From a bacterium (lineage in GTDB: Bacteria; Hinthialibacterota; Hinthialibacteria; Hinthialibacterales; Hinthialibacteraceae), in contig CAXXSM010000150.1 in NCBI GenBank assembly GCA_963663405.2, positions 42,193-106,192 of the forward strand: 64,000 nucleotides of DNA. Direction: 5' to 3'. Shown in pieces: positions 53,898 to 64,000 of the stretch. A program made the position numbers and the translations under genes. How positions within the stretch are numbered: position 1 is the stretch's first letter; every line of letters starts with the position of its first letter. The notes under the pieces were generated by a model that had not been told where the DNA came from, made no database searches, and saw only the letters and a program-made list of their open reading frames with translations.

Positions 53898-55202
53898 ATG
53901 AGCGAATCAAAACCTATTTCAAGACGTAATTTTCTGAAAAAAACCAGCGCCGGAGCCGTGTTGGGTCTAACCGCCGCAAATTACCGGTCCCTGGCCGCCT
54001 CCAGCCCCAACGATACAATCGTGATGGGATTCATCGGCGTAGGAGGAATGGGAACGGGGAGACTCAATGAATTCATGCGGCATGATGACGTCAAAGTCGC
54101 CGCAATCTGCGACGTGGACGAAAGCCATCTCAACCGCGCCATCGGCGAAGTCGAAAAACGCAGGGATCACAAGCCAAAAGGTTTCCACGATTTCAGAGAA
54201 CTGCTTGAAATCGGCGAGATCGACGCAGTCACTGTGACCACGCCCGATCATTGGCATGCGCTTCCCACTATCACAGCGTGTGAAATGGGCAAAGACGTCT
54301 TCGTCGAAAAACCCCTCTGCCACAACATCGCGGAAGGCCGGAAAATGCTCGAAGCGGTCAAAAAGAACAAACGAATCACGCAACTTGGAACCCATATCCA
54401 CAACACAGGCGGGAACTACCGCCGCGTCGTCGAAATGGTCCGTTCGGGAAACCTTGGCAAGATCACCCGCGTGCACTGTTGGAAAACTTCAAATATCGAA
54501 GGACTTAAGGTCCAACCGGACGGCGATCCACCAGCGGAACTGGACTACGATTTCTGGCAGGGCCCCGCTCCGAAACGGCCCTACAATCCCAACCGTTCCC
54601 ATTTCAGTTTCCGCCATTTTTGGGATTATTCCGGAGGTACCTTTATCGATTTTTGGTGCCACATCACAGACGTCGTCTTCTGGTCGCTGGAATTAGGGGG
54701 ACCGAAAACCGTCGCCGCGACAGGTGGACGCTTCTTTGTCGACGATCAGACCGAAACGCCGGATTCCATGGACGTGCTCTATGAATATCCCGAACTCGTC
54801 CTCGCATGGACCCTGCATCCCAAAGGCCTGCCCGGCTATCAACACATGGGAGGCATCGGCTGCGTCTTCGAAGGAACAAAAGCGAATTTGGTTACCAATT
54901 ACGACAAGAATGAAATCTGGGTGAATGGCAAAAAAGACGACGATTTCCCCCGCCCGGAAAAATCCATCCCTGAATCGCCGGGACATCTCCGCGAGTTTCT
55001 CAACAGTATCAAAACCCGCGAAGAATGCACCTGCAACATCGAATACGCACACCGGTTAACCAAACCCGGCCACCTCGGTAATATCGCCTACCGGACAGGA
55101 GAAAAACTCGAATGGGATGACGAAAATGAAAAAATTACAAATAGCAAAAAAGCGAACCGGCTAGTCAAAAGACGTTATCGCAAACCTTGGAAGCTGGTGT
55201 AA
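53898..55202 (+). CDS. Tat-exported Gfo/Idh/MocA oxidoreductase
   Basis: SRRNFLK Tat motif, GFIGVGGMG, TPDHWH, DVFVEKP, LDYDFWQGPAP. Confidence 0.92.
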   Translation: MSESKPISRRNFLKKTSAGAVLGLTAANYRSLAASSPNDTIVMGFIGVGGMGTGRLNEFMRHDDVKVAAICDVDESHLNRAIGEVEKRRDHKPKGFHDFRELLEIGEIDAVTVTTPDHWHALPTITACEMGKDVFVEKPLCHNIAEGRKMLEAVKKNKRITQLGTHIHNTGGNYRRVVEMVRSGNLGKITRVHCWKTSNIEGLKVQPDGDPPAELDYDFWQGPAPKRPYNPNRSHFSFRHFWDYSGGTFIDFWCHITDVVFWSLELGGPKTVAATGGRFFVDDQTETPDSMDVLYEYPELVLAWTLHPKGLPGYQHMGGIGCVFEGTKANLVTNYDKNEIWVNGKKDDDFPRPEKSIPESPGHLREFLNSIKTREECTCNIEYAHRLTKPGHLGNIAYRTGEKLEWDDENEKITNSKKANRLVKRRYRKPWKLV

Positions 55203-55240
55203 TAGAGCAATATAAAGATAATAACACTAATATTTTCGTT

Positions 55241-55319
55241 TTTGAATCACGGATTCCACGGATAATATAGAGTTATTTTCCGCGCAATCCGTGTATCTCT
55301 GAGCCATCCATACTTCAAA
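55241..55319. repeat. Degenerate REP-like palindrome between convergent genes
   Basis: TTTGAATCACGGATTCCACGGAT...AATCCGTG...TTCAAA. Confidence 0.4.
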
Positions 55320-55361
55320 TGAATAAGAAGAAAATGTGAGAAGAATTCGATTCGCGCTAGA

Positions 55362-55832
55362 TCATTCCTGATTCATTACAGCGATTTTATCGGCCTGTTG
55401 TTTCTTATACTCCGCCAGTTTCTCCACAAGCCCCGTATCTACCAGAGATAGCATCTGAACGGCGAGAATCCCTGCGTTGTAGGCTCCATCGATCGCTACG
55501 GTAGCGACGGGAACGCCTTTCGGCATCTGTACGGTTGAATAGAGAGCGTCTTGACCATTCATGGGGGATCCAGAAAGCGGCACTCCAATGACAGGAAGCG
55601 CCGTCTGCCCCGCAACGGCGCCCGCTAGATGCGCCGCCATTCCCGCGCCGCAGATGAATACACGAATTCCATCCGCAGGCGCATGTTGAACGTAATTACT
55701 TACCAATTCAGGAGATCGGTGCGCCGACAGAATTCTCATTTCAAAGGGGACGCCAAATTCCTCCAACGCGCGGGCTGCTCCTTTCATGATTTCTCGGTCC
55801 GATGGACTCCCCATTATTATAGATACTTTCAT
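55362..55832 (-). CDS. purE: N5-carboxyaminoimidazole ribonucleotide mutase
   Basis: [42 protein letters not shown]. Confidence 0.97.
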   Translation of the reverse strand: MKVSIIMGSPSDREIMKGAARALEEFGVPFEMRILSAHRSPELVSNYVQHAPADGIRVFICGAGMAAHLAGAVAGQTALPVIGVPLSGSPMNGQDALYSTVQMPKGVPVATVAIDGAYNAGILAVQMLSLVDTGLVEKLAEYKKQQADKIAVMNQE

Positions 55833-55841
55833 ATTCTTACC

Positions 55842-56123
55842 TGTTAATAACCTTGAATTTAATAAACTTACAGTCTTCGTTCCTCACCCTCAAAACTCTT
55901 GGCATGCAATAGAAATTTACAGCCAAATTATTCACTCCTGAATCAAATCCAAATTATATATAGGATATAACCACCTAATTTCATTACACTTAAAAATATA
56001 TCCCTAATGTCATTTCAGATAAATCAAATAATCTAACTACTACAAGCCATCGTTGATTGGCTACTAACATCCTAGTTATTCATACTCAGCATCGCCTGTG
56101 AATAACTTGTGAGTTTATCCACA
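55842..56123. promoter_or_regulatory. DnaA-box cluster in AT-rich intergenic DNA
   Basis: TTATCCACA 56115-23; TGTGAATAA 56097-105; one-mismatch boxes at 56076, 55928 and 55842. Confidence 0.55.
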
Positions 56124-56139
56124 ACTAGAGGTATCATTT

Positions 56140-57810
56140 TTAGAACAATCCAACGATTTTCCCATCTAGCTCTAAATCGATCTTCAAGGCATTGGGATTT
56201 TTTGGCAATCCCGGCATGAGCATTATATCACCCGTGATCGCGACAATGAAACCGGCTCCAGCGCGCGGATCAAGTTCTTCTACGTGAAGTGACCACCCAC
56301 TTGGCGCTCCAAGGGCCGTTTTATCATCGGAGAGTGAGTATTGTGTCTTCGCCATGCAGATCGGAAGTTTATCGAGCCCATCCCGTTCAATTCGTTTGAT
56401 TTGCCTCTCTGCGCGCACCGAGTATTTCACATCATCGGCGCCATAAATCTCACGGGCGATGGTTGTCATTTTCGTTTTGAGAGAGAGATTTTCGTCGTAT
56501 AGCGGTTTGAAATGAGATGGCTTTTCTTCGATGGTTTTAATCACCGTCTTTGCAAGTTCCACACCGCCTTCCCCACCACGGGCGCAGACCTCCGAGACAG
56601 CGGCTGAGATTCCCAGATCAGAACAATATTTATATAAGGCTTGCACTTCTTCATCTGTATCGCTTGGGAAACGATTAATCGCGATTACCGGTGGAACGCC
56701 AACTTTCTTTACATTTTGAATATGCGCCTTCAGATTGCTGCAGCCATTGAGCATCGCTTCTACATTTGGATTCGAAATATCTTTCAACGGAACGCCGCCA
56801 TGCAGTTTCAGCGCGCGAATACTGGCGACAATTACAGCCGCTGATGGCTCCAAGTCTCCAACGCGGCATTTGATATTGAAAAATTTCTCCGCCCCTAGAT
56901 CCGTGCCGAATCCCGCTTCAGTGATGCAGTAATCCCCCAGTTTCAGCCCCATCTTGGTGGCGATAAGACTATTGCATCCATGCGCGATATTCCCAAATGG
57001 ACCGCAGTGAATCAAAACCGGTGTGCCTTCTATGGTCTGAACCAGATTCGGTTTGATCGCTTCCTTCATCACCACCATCAGCGAACCGACAACGCCAAGT
57101 TCACGAGCATAAACCGGTTTCATCTCTTTGCTGTAGGCGACTAAGATATTGGACAACCGTTCTCGAAGGTCTTCGATATCTTTGGCTAAAGCCAGGATGG
57201 CCATGATTTCAGAAGCGGCGGTGATCAAAAAACTGGTCTCTCTTGGAAAACCGTTGATCCGTCCTCCCAATCCAACAACGACAGTCCGCAGTTGCCGGTC
57301 GGCGAGATCGATCACACGCGACCATTTGATCCGTCCCCGGTCGATGTTCAGCTCATTGCCTTGAAAAATATGATTATCAACAATCGACGACAAAAGGTTA
57401 TGCGCGGAGGTAATCGCGTGAAAATCGCCTGTGAAGTGCAGGTTGATTTCATCCATCGGCAGCACCTGCGCATACCCTCCCCCCGCCGCGCCGCCTTTCA
57501 TGCCGAACACGGGACCCAGGGATGGTTCACGTAGACAGACCACATGTTTCTTCCCCAAAACACCAAACGCCTGGGCCAATCCGATTGAGGTGACGGTTTT
57601 CCCTTCCCCGGCGGGGGTGGGGGTCATCCCCGTGACCAAAATCAGTTTGCCACTCGGTTTGTCCGCCAAACGATCCAACACATTAAGATGTATCTTCGCC
57701 TTCGTGCGCCCATACAGATCGATTTCATCTTCTGAAAGCCCTAAATCAGCGGCAACATCGGTGATAGGACGCAGTTCCACGCTCTGCGCAATTTCGATAT
57801 CACTTTTCAT
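56140..57810 (-). CDS. fhs: Formate--tetrahydrofolate ligase
   Basis: MKSDIEIAQ, TPTPAGEGKT, REPSLGP.FGMKGGAAGGGY, INLHFTGD, GPFGNIAHG, TEAGFG.DLGAEKF. Confidence 0.97.
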   Translation of the reverse strand: MKSDIEIAQSVELRPITDVAADLGLSEDEIDLYGRTKAKIHLNVLDRLADKPSGKLILVTGMTPTPAGEGKTVTSIGLAQAFGVLGKKHVVCLREPSLGPVFGMKGGAAGGGYAQVLPMDEINLHFTGDFHAITSAHNLLSSIVDNHIFQGNELNIDRGRIKWSRVIDLADRQLRTVVVGLGGRINGFPRETSFLITAASEIMAILALAKDIEDLRERLSNILVAYSKEMKPVYARELGVVGSLMVVMKEAIKPNLVQTIEGTPVLIHCGPFGNIAHGCNSLIATKMGLKLGDYCITEAGFGTDLGAEKFFNIKCRVGDLEPSAAVIVASIRALKLHGGVPLKDISNPNVEAMLNGCSNLKAHIQNVKKVGVPPVIAINRFPSDTDEEVQALYKYCSDLGISAAVSEVCARGGEGGVELAKTVIKTIEEKPSHFKPLYDENLSLKTKMTTIAREIYGADDVKYSVRAERQIKRIERDGLDKLPICMAKTQYSLSDDKTALGAPSGWSLHVEELDPRAGAGFIVAITGDIMLMPGLPKNPNALKIDLELDGKIVGLF

Positions 57811-58088
57811 AAAGCCATTCCTTTCTTTCTCCCCGAAAAATAGCAATTCAATTGAATCACGGCGCCAATAAAGCGCCAGGATTAAAGAGTAAAATCTAGT
57901 TCACTTTCAAAACAAAAGTTTTTGCGATTATAGAAAAAGATACGGATTCACGAAAGCGGGAGAGTATTCAAAAAAACAAAATAATGAGAAGAATCCACAT
58001 AAGATCAAAATGAGAGCGATTCCGGTTGGATTAGCGGGTAGAAAAACAATAATTAATGACGGAGAAAACTCGATAACCTTCTCCCCAT

Positions 58089-60203
58089 TTACAACAATCT
58101 TTTGTAAATAAACCTTGGAATATGGAACTGCATTTTATTAAGAACGCTTCCAAAGATGACGCCTTGTTGTTTTTTAATTGTCTCGATCAGATTCGCCACG
58201 ACCTGCCAGCGGGTTTTTTCCGCCTCGATCACAATCACCGCGCCATCCACTTTCCGGCAAAGCGCCATTCCATCGGGAGAAGTCACGGAGGGTGGAGAGT
58301 CGATGAAAATATAATCAAAATCGTCCTTCAACTCTTTAAAACGCTCATTAAACTCGGGGGAATCCAAAAGCGCCGATGGTGACGCGCTCAATGAGATCTG
58401 GCTGATATACAGACTGGAATCCCCCACTTGATTAAGCGCGTTCTGCAGATCCGCGCCCTCATCGATCGCTTCTTTGATTCCCTTTTCCGCTTCAATCCCG
58501 AAATATTTACATTGTGTGGCCTTTTTGACGTTGATATCCAAGAGAAGAGTTTTTTTATGAAATCGGAGAGCGGTCAATTTAGCGAATTCACGAATCAATG
58601 TAGACGCGCCCTCGCCCGGATTGCATCCTATGAACTGAATTGTTTTTCCTTTTCGCTCTTCCAGCAATTCCGAACTGAGATTGTGATAGAGCGGGATCAG
58701 TTTATCTTCAATTCCGGTGTACCGGGATGGCTCCTGAGTCTCTTTTCCCGTGTCTTGCAAGGCGTCGAATTTCGCTGGAACACGGAGCGAACCCAACGAT
58801 GCGAGCACAGGCAGATTCAGCCGTTTTGTAATCTCTGTGTTTGTTTTCATCGAATCATCAATATATTCGATGAAGAACGCGAGGAGAATTCCACCAAGAA
58901 GTCCGCAGAGGATCCCCATCAAAATATTGAATATCTTTTTAGGACGGATGGGGCCAATCGGCGCCGTCGCTCTTTGGACAATGCTGACATTGGAAATACT
59001 ATCGATATCAAGCGCCGTGGAAATCTTGGCCCGTTGCAGGCCGTTACGGTATTCGCGATATTCCCCATTCAGAATCTCAACCTCTCGCTGCAACCGCTGC
59101 AATAGAATCTCACGGCTCGCCAGCGTAGCCAATTCCTGCCGGCGCCCCGCCAGTTCTTCGTTCAACGAATTCACACGCGCGGCTAACGATTCCTGCCGTG
59201 TGATTTCATTCGCGATCTGCAGTTGAAAGAAAGTTCCGCTGGATAGATCCCCCTGAATCTGCGCGTGGATTGATTGATATGTTTCGGTTTCCAATCGAAG
59301 TGGGAGTGATTGAAGACCGTTCATACGGACAGGACCGGTACCTTTTAACAACATCTGGAGCGAAGCGATTCTCGCTTGCGACGAACGGATTTCGCTGGTC
59401 GCGCCGCTGATTTCCGCCTGCAGACCGGCAATCGCCGCAATCAGTTCTTTCTTCTGATCGAGAACGGAGAAAAGACCGAACTCGTTCTGCATTTTTTCGA
59501 GTTCCTCTTCTTTTCCATTCAGAGTTTTTGTTAAATTCTTCGCTTGATCCTCAAAGAATTGGGGAGACACCTGGGTTCGATGTACAGTGATGTGATATTG
59601 CAGATAAAAATCCAAAAGGCTATTCAGCGCGTTTTGAGCCACCTGAGGATCAAACCCGTCGTAATTCAAATTGATGATATGGCTCTTCCGTTCCACTTCA
59701 ACATAGAGATTCTTCATGAAATGATTAATCGCTTTTTCACGAAGCGTCAAACCGGGAGTTAAATCAAGACTAACTAAAACTCCGCCTTCCGCCTGATTAC
59801 CTCCGCCGGCGGAAGGAGAAGGAGACGGCGTTTCACCCGGTTTTTTGAAGAAATTCTCCACACCGATCTTATCAACTACTTTTTCCGCGAGGATCCGGCT
59901 TCGGATTATCACCAGTTCGGAATTAACTTGGTTTTCCCGGCTTTGAGTCAATCCCGTCGTTGGTCCGACGACGGACGGGTCAACAGATACGCTCTCCCGG
60001 CCGATCAAGATAAGGATTTTCGCGTTGGACTGATAGACTTTCGCAGTTAAATAGGTCCAGATCGTTACAGCCAATACAACAACCACAAAGAAAATACAGA
60101 TTTTCCGTTTATGCCGAAAAATCACGTTCAGAAAATCCCGGAGTGAAGTCTTATCTTTCCGCTGGAGATTGGGTTTCGAAGCCTGCGCCACTGATCGTTC
60201 CAT
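58089..60203 (-). CDS. Wzc/GumC-type polysaccharide co-polymerase with degenerate BY-kinase domain
   Basis: SLRDFLNVIFRH, coiled coil, PIRPKK + GxxxG TM, GEGAST, YIFIDSPP, VLNK. Confidence 0.85.
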   Translation of the reverse strand: MERSVAQASKPNLQRKDKTSLRDFLNVIFRHKRKICIFFVVVVLAVTIWTYLTAKVYQSNAKILILIGRESVSVDPSVVGPTTGLTQSRENQVNSELVIIRSRILAEKVVDKIGVENFFKKPGETPSPSPSAGGGNQAEGGVLVSLDLTPGLTLREKAINHFMKNLYVEVERKSHIINLNYDGFDPQVAQNALNSLLDFYLQYHITVHRTQVSPQFFEDQAKNLTKTLNGKEEELEKMQNEFGLFSVLDQKKELIAAIAGLQAEISGATSEIRSSQARIASLQMLLKGTGPVRMNGLQSLPLRLETETYQSIHAQIQGDLSSGTFFQLQIANEITRQESLAARVNSLNEELAGRRQELATLASREILLQRLQREVEILNGEYREYRNGLQRAKISTALDIDSISNVSIVQRATAPIGPIRPKKIFNILMGILCGLLGGILLAFFIEYIDDSMKTNTEITKRLNLPVLASLGSLRVPAKFDALQDTGKETQEPSRYTGIEDKLIPLYHNLSSELLEERKGKTIQFIGCNPGEGASTLIREFAKLTALRFHKKTLLLDINVKKATQCKYFGIEAEKGIKEAIDEGADLQNALNQVGDSSLYISQISLSASPSALLDSPEFNERFKELKDDFDYIFIDSPPSVTSPDGMALCRKVDGAVIVIEAEKTRWQVVANLIETIKKQQGVIFGSVLNKMQFHIPRFIYKRLL

Positions 60204-60238
60204 GATCCGTCCCCTATGTGATGATTTATTGCGATTTT

Positions 60239-60332
60239 ATATGCAAATGAGTTTTAGATACTTGCTCGTTTGCATTCGCTCCCGCAACTCATTTTCATTA
60301 GCAATTGTAATCTTGATCATGCTGGTTTATAT
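60239..60332 (+). repeat. ~95-bp dispersed intergenic element, copy C
   Basis: ATGCAAATGAGTT..AACTCATTTTCAT-TAGCAATTGTAATCTTGATCATGCTGGTTTATAT. Confidence 0.85.
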
Positions 60333-60537
60333 ATACCATAGCAAAATGATGAAATCAAATGGACTTCCATTATAATCCAAAACATTTCATCCTTTATATT
60401 CTATCCATTCTTTATCGAAAAACTCCCCCTTCTCACAGAACAGTGGAAAGATCTGTATAAGATGTATACTATTCCAATCGGCTATCGAGGCAAAAACGTA
60501 AATTTCTGAAGCGCCGCATGTAAAGAAAACCAAATCT

Positions 60538-61542
60538 ATGGAAACAGAAAACGATTTATTATTAGATGTGCGGGATTTGCAAACTCATTTCTTCACGGCG
60601 GACGGGATCGGCCGGGCCGTGGATGGAGTCAGTTTCCAAGTGCGGAGAGGGGAGACGCTGGGTCTAGCTGGAGAATCCGGTTGCGGTAAAAGTATGACCT
60701 CGCTCTCCATTCTACGATTAATCCCCTCCCCGCCAGGACGGATCGTCTCTGGAGAGATCTTTTTTAAAGGTCAAAATCTGCTCAAACTCAGCGAACGGGA
60801 GATGCGGCGGGTGCGAGGCAACCAAATTTCGATGATCTTTCAAGAACCAATGACCGCGCTCAATCCTGTATTCTCCGTGGGCGAGCAGATCGCGGAGGTT
60901 TTCCGGATTCACCGCCACATGAATCACCGCGACGCGTTCGACGCCGCCGTCGAAATGATGGAGAAAGTGCGCATCCCCGCCGCGCGGCGCCGGGCGGTGG
61001 AATATCCACATCAATTGTCCGGTGGAATGCGACAGCGGATCGTTATCGCCATGGCCCTGGCGTGCGATCCTGACTTACTGATCGCCGATGAACCTACGAC
61101 CGCTCTGGATGTAACCGTGCAAGCCCAGATTTTAGCGCTGATGGAAGACCTGAAGGAACGGACCAACGCCGCCATTATCCTGATCACCCACGACCTCGGC
61201 GTCATCGCGGAAACAGCGGACCGGGCCGCCGTGATGTACGCCGGACAGATTGTAGAGGAATCCCCCATCGAACAACTCTTCGCCGATCCACTGCATCCTT
61301 ACACCCGTGGGCTTCTGCGCTCGATCCCCAAGATGACAGAACGCTCAAACAAGAAGCTCAACGTTATCCCCGGAACCGTCCCCAGCCCCACACACTTCCC
61401 CACCGGCTGCCGGTTCCACCCCCGCTGCGCCGAACGCTTCGCTCCCTGCAACACCCGTGAATGTGAATCAATTAAGATGGCTGATGGACGGACCGCACGC
61501 TGTTTTCTCTATTCCGAAAAAAACACCGAGCAAAAAGCGTGA
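60538..61542 (+). CDS. Oligopeptide/dipeptide ABC transporter ATP-binding subunit (OppD/DppD-like)
   Basis: [50 protein letters not shown]. Confidence 0.93.
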   Translation: METENDLLLDVRDLQTHFFTADGIGRAVDGVSFQVRRGETLGLAGESGCGKSMTSLSILRLIPSPPGRIVSGEIFFKGQNLLKLSEREMRRVRGNQISMIFQEPMTALNPVFSVGEQIAEVFRIHRHMNHRDAFDAAVEMMEKVRIPAARRRAVEYPHQLSGGMRQRIVIAMALACDPDLLIADEPTTALDVTVQAQILALMEDLKERTNAAIILITHDLGVIAETADRAAVMYAGQIVEESPIEQLFADPLHPYTRGLLRSIPKMTERSNKKLNVIPGTVPSPTHFPTGCRFHPRCAERFAPCNTRECESIKMADGRTARCFLYSEKNTEQKA

Positions 61543-61651
61543 CTTGATTTTATAATGGTGAACTGGTTTTACAGTGAAAATCTGGTTCATCCGGCAAGTG
61601 AGTACAAATATATCATTTTGGGGAATTGCGCTCTTGGTTGAGGATGGCTTA

Positions 61652-61742
61652 ATTGTCTGAACCATGATTTAAAGGATTATAGGATTACCAAGATTAAAAT
61701 CAAGAAAATCAAGCGAATCAAGTAAATCAAGGTTCAGACAAT
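61652..61742. repeat. REP-like palindromic element (plus half copy at ~61836-61880)
   Basis: ATTGTCTGAACCATGATTTA / TAAATCAAGGTTCAGACAAT (19/20) with 9-nt-period AATCAAG subrepeats. Confidence 0.75.
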
Positions 61743-61909
61743 AAAGAATCCTGCAGAGTGGCGTTAGGATTCAAAATATCTAGTAAAAAGTGATTAGATT
61801 ATTTTGAAATGTATTCACATGACGGAAGAGCCATAAAAAATCCTGATCATCCTTTAATCCTGCCCATCCAGATTCAGACAAAATATCCTTGATCGCATAA
61901 GAGGTTTCA

Positions 61910-64000
61910 ATGGAAAATACAAAACCAAGCATTAATCCCTACATATTAAAATTCCACTCACATTCCATATCTTTATCTCGCGCGCTTGCGCTATCAACCA
62001 TGCTGACAATCATTTTCACAAATCCAACAAATGCCATTGAGAATCCTTCAATTCACGCGAGCCGCGATCCCATAACACGGCATATTCACATTGAATATAA
62101 AATACCAGAAACTGCGCCGCAAGAAGTAGTGATCGAATGTTTCTGGACGCATTGGGGCGAGGAACAATGGCGCCCCGCTCTGGTCACGCCTTACATTTCC
62201 GAAACCGCATGGGCGCTGGCGGAGCCGGAAAACAAAGATTTATGGTTCAACCAAAAGCGGATCATTGAAAAACACGCCGCCGGCTTGGTCCGGACACTGA
62301 TCTTCAATCCATATCCTGAAGCGCAGCGGGATGGACAAGTCGATATACAATTCCGCCTACGAATATCAACCCCTCAAAAAACCACCATAACCGAATACAC
62401 AATTCGGATTCAACACGACAACCGGGATGTTGTAACCATTGAAGACTGGACGCAAGTCATCCAAAAAGACGGGATAATCCGTGAAAGTCAAAACGCAGAG
62501 GGAAATAAGAATCGTTGGATCTTCAAAGAAAATAAAGAGAATCCGTTTCGATCCTTTGGGAACTGGCTTGAAGGAAACGCAGGGCCGCATACGTCATTGC
62601 CGCAGCTCACCTACCCCCTTGATCTTCGCGGAACCTACGCGGTGTTTGTCTGCGCGCCTGGTTCAATCATGCTGCGATTCACGGGCGATGAACGATTGGA
62701 CCACCTCAGTTCACGCGCGCCTGGCCAAGAAGTGTTATGGCGCTGGAAAAAGATGAATTGGCAACATCTCGTCATCAAACAACCACACCGCCATAACGGC
62801 TGGGGCGCAGGCAGTATCGATTATATAAAATTCGTTCCTCTCACCGATGAGTTAATCACACAGTTGGAAGCCCCTTATGCAGGAAAACCCGATAAAATCA
62901 TTGCTGGTTTTTGGGAACCGTATTCCTGGTCGTTTCATAACGACATCCAAAACACCTTACAACACCGGGAAGTGTTGACCGCCTATAAAGAAGCCCGTTT
63001 CACAATCGTAGACACACAAGTCAACCGGTTTGGCGAAAAAAGCCGTTTACGAAACACGCTTAACAGATCAATTGCTTCACAACACTGTCGGCGATCCCCT
63101 CGCGAATGAAGAAATCCCCGAAACAATCAATGTCGGTAAAATGCAGCAATTCACGAACATGCTGGACGCCACGCTGCGCTATACAAAGGAACTCGGTCTA
63201 ACCGCCCACGCTAATTTTGGGGCCAGCGCGTGTTATGTAGGGACGCCTCTTCAAGGTGATTTTTCAAAAAAACATCCCGATTGGCATCGGGGAAGTCAGC
63301 TGCGGTATGAAGTCCCAGAAGTGCGCGCATACGCTCTCAGCCTGTTCCGCGAAACGCTCGAAATGGGAGCGCCTGGAATCTCTCTCGATTTCATGCGCTA
63401 CCCACAAACAATCGACAAGCCCCAAACCGCAAATCTCTTTCTAAAATCCTTACGCGAACTGGCGGATGAATTCAGCCAAAAACGGGGGAATCACGTTCCC
63501 ATCCTCGTTCAATTCCCTGGAATCGGTGTCCATACTTGGGAAAAATTTGATTTCGTAACGTGGGCGCAAAACGGCTGGGTCGACTACCTTTGCCCCAGCA
63601 ACGACGATGAACGTCATTTACACTTGGACATGAAACCCTACCAAGAAGCCATCCAGGGAACATCCTGCAAACTGCTTCCCAATGTAACTGCATCCGGCTC
63701 CGGTCTCCCTGTGCCAGGGCTGTATTTATGGCGCGTATGGGATCTCTATCAAAACGGTGTGGATGGGCTGTATATCTATCAATCCGACGCGAGAGTATTA
63801 GGAACGCCAAGTGAAAGACGCTGTATGCGGCTACTATCCAGCAGTGAAAACGTCAATCGTTGGTGGCGGGAAGACGCCCAGACACGCCCTCAGCGCAGCA
63901 AAGGAATCTACATCACCAAACCATCACGCCCCGCAAGAGGCTGGCGTTCGCGGGAACGAGTTCGCGTATGGCTCGAAGGAATCGAAATGGGGCCGCTTGA
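61910..64000 (+). CDS. Secreted glycoside-hydrolase-like protein (GHL10/DUF187-type TIM barrel), frameshift at ~63040, runs off the window
   Basis: Removing one A from GGCGAAAAAAGCC continues the frame: ...KELGLTAHANFG...KKHPDW...RYEVPEVRAY...GISLDFMRYP...WAQNGWVDYLCP. Confidence 0.65.

Noticed and set aside
57811-58088. THF or ZMP riboswitch upstream of fhs
   Set aside because: No recognisable conserved aptamer motifs
60538-61542. Orphan OppD as a novel system
   Set aside because: Scattered ABC subunits are common; partners probably lie elsewhere in the genome

Overview
Bacterial chromosomal window, probably from an uncultured diderm lineage. The prepilin-like family and the C-terminal TxVxxWSLH tails suggest a Sumerlaeota/Hinthialibacter-like MAG, but this is inference only. 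1-18.2 kb is a minus-strand surface-glycan operon led by a perfect sigma70 promoter and a MarR regulator. It encodes 2 NeuB, 2 NeuC, NeuA, two SqdB-like enzymes (one degenerate), a CapD-like dehydratase, an FAH-like pair, a 2-hydroxyacid dehydrogenase, a KpsS-like transferase and an ABC flippase. 18.4-39 kb holds envelope genes: GT2, two prepilin-like proteins, a large secreted protein, lptD and a GT-C/NPCBM fusion. It also holds a family of secreted capped-LRR proteins with 8 modules, each carrying a different number of repeats. The six-module member is cleanly interrupted by a 1983-bp ISL3 element with an 8-bp TSD. That element carries a relic duplicate of its own transposase 3' end and strand-specific hairpins. 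39-64 kb is mostly housekeeping (lon, accA, pckG, uvrA, rph, purE, fhs), plus a TagA fusion, a Wzc-like protein, a DnaA-box cluster and several dispersed intergenic repeats. One of these repeats is a three-copy ~95-bp element that looks like a portable promoter. At least seven single-base homopolymer frameshifts, including in uvrA and rph, point to long-read assembly errors rather than real pseudogenes. No rRNA, tRNA or CRISPR array was seen.
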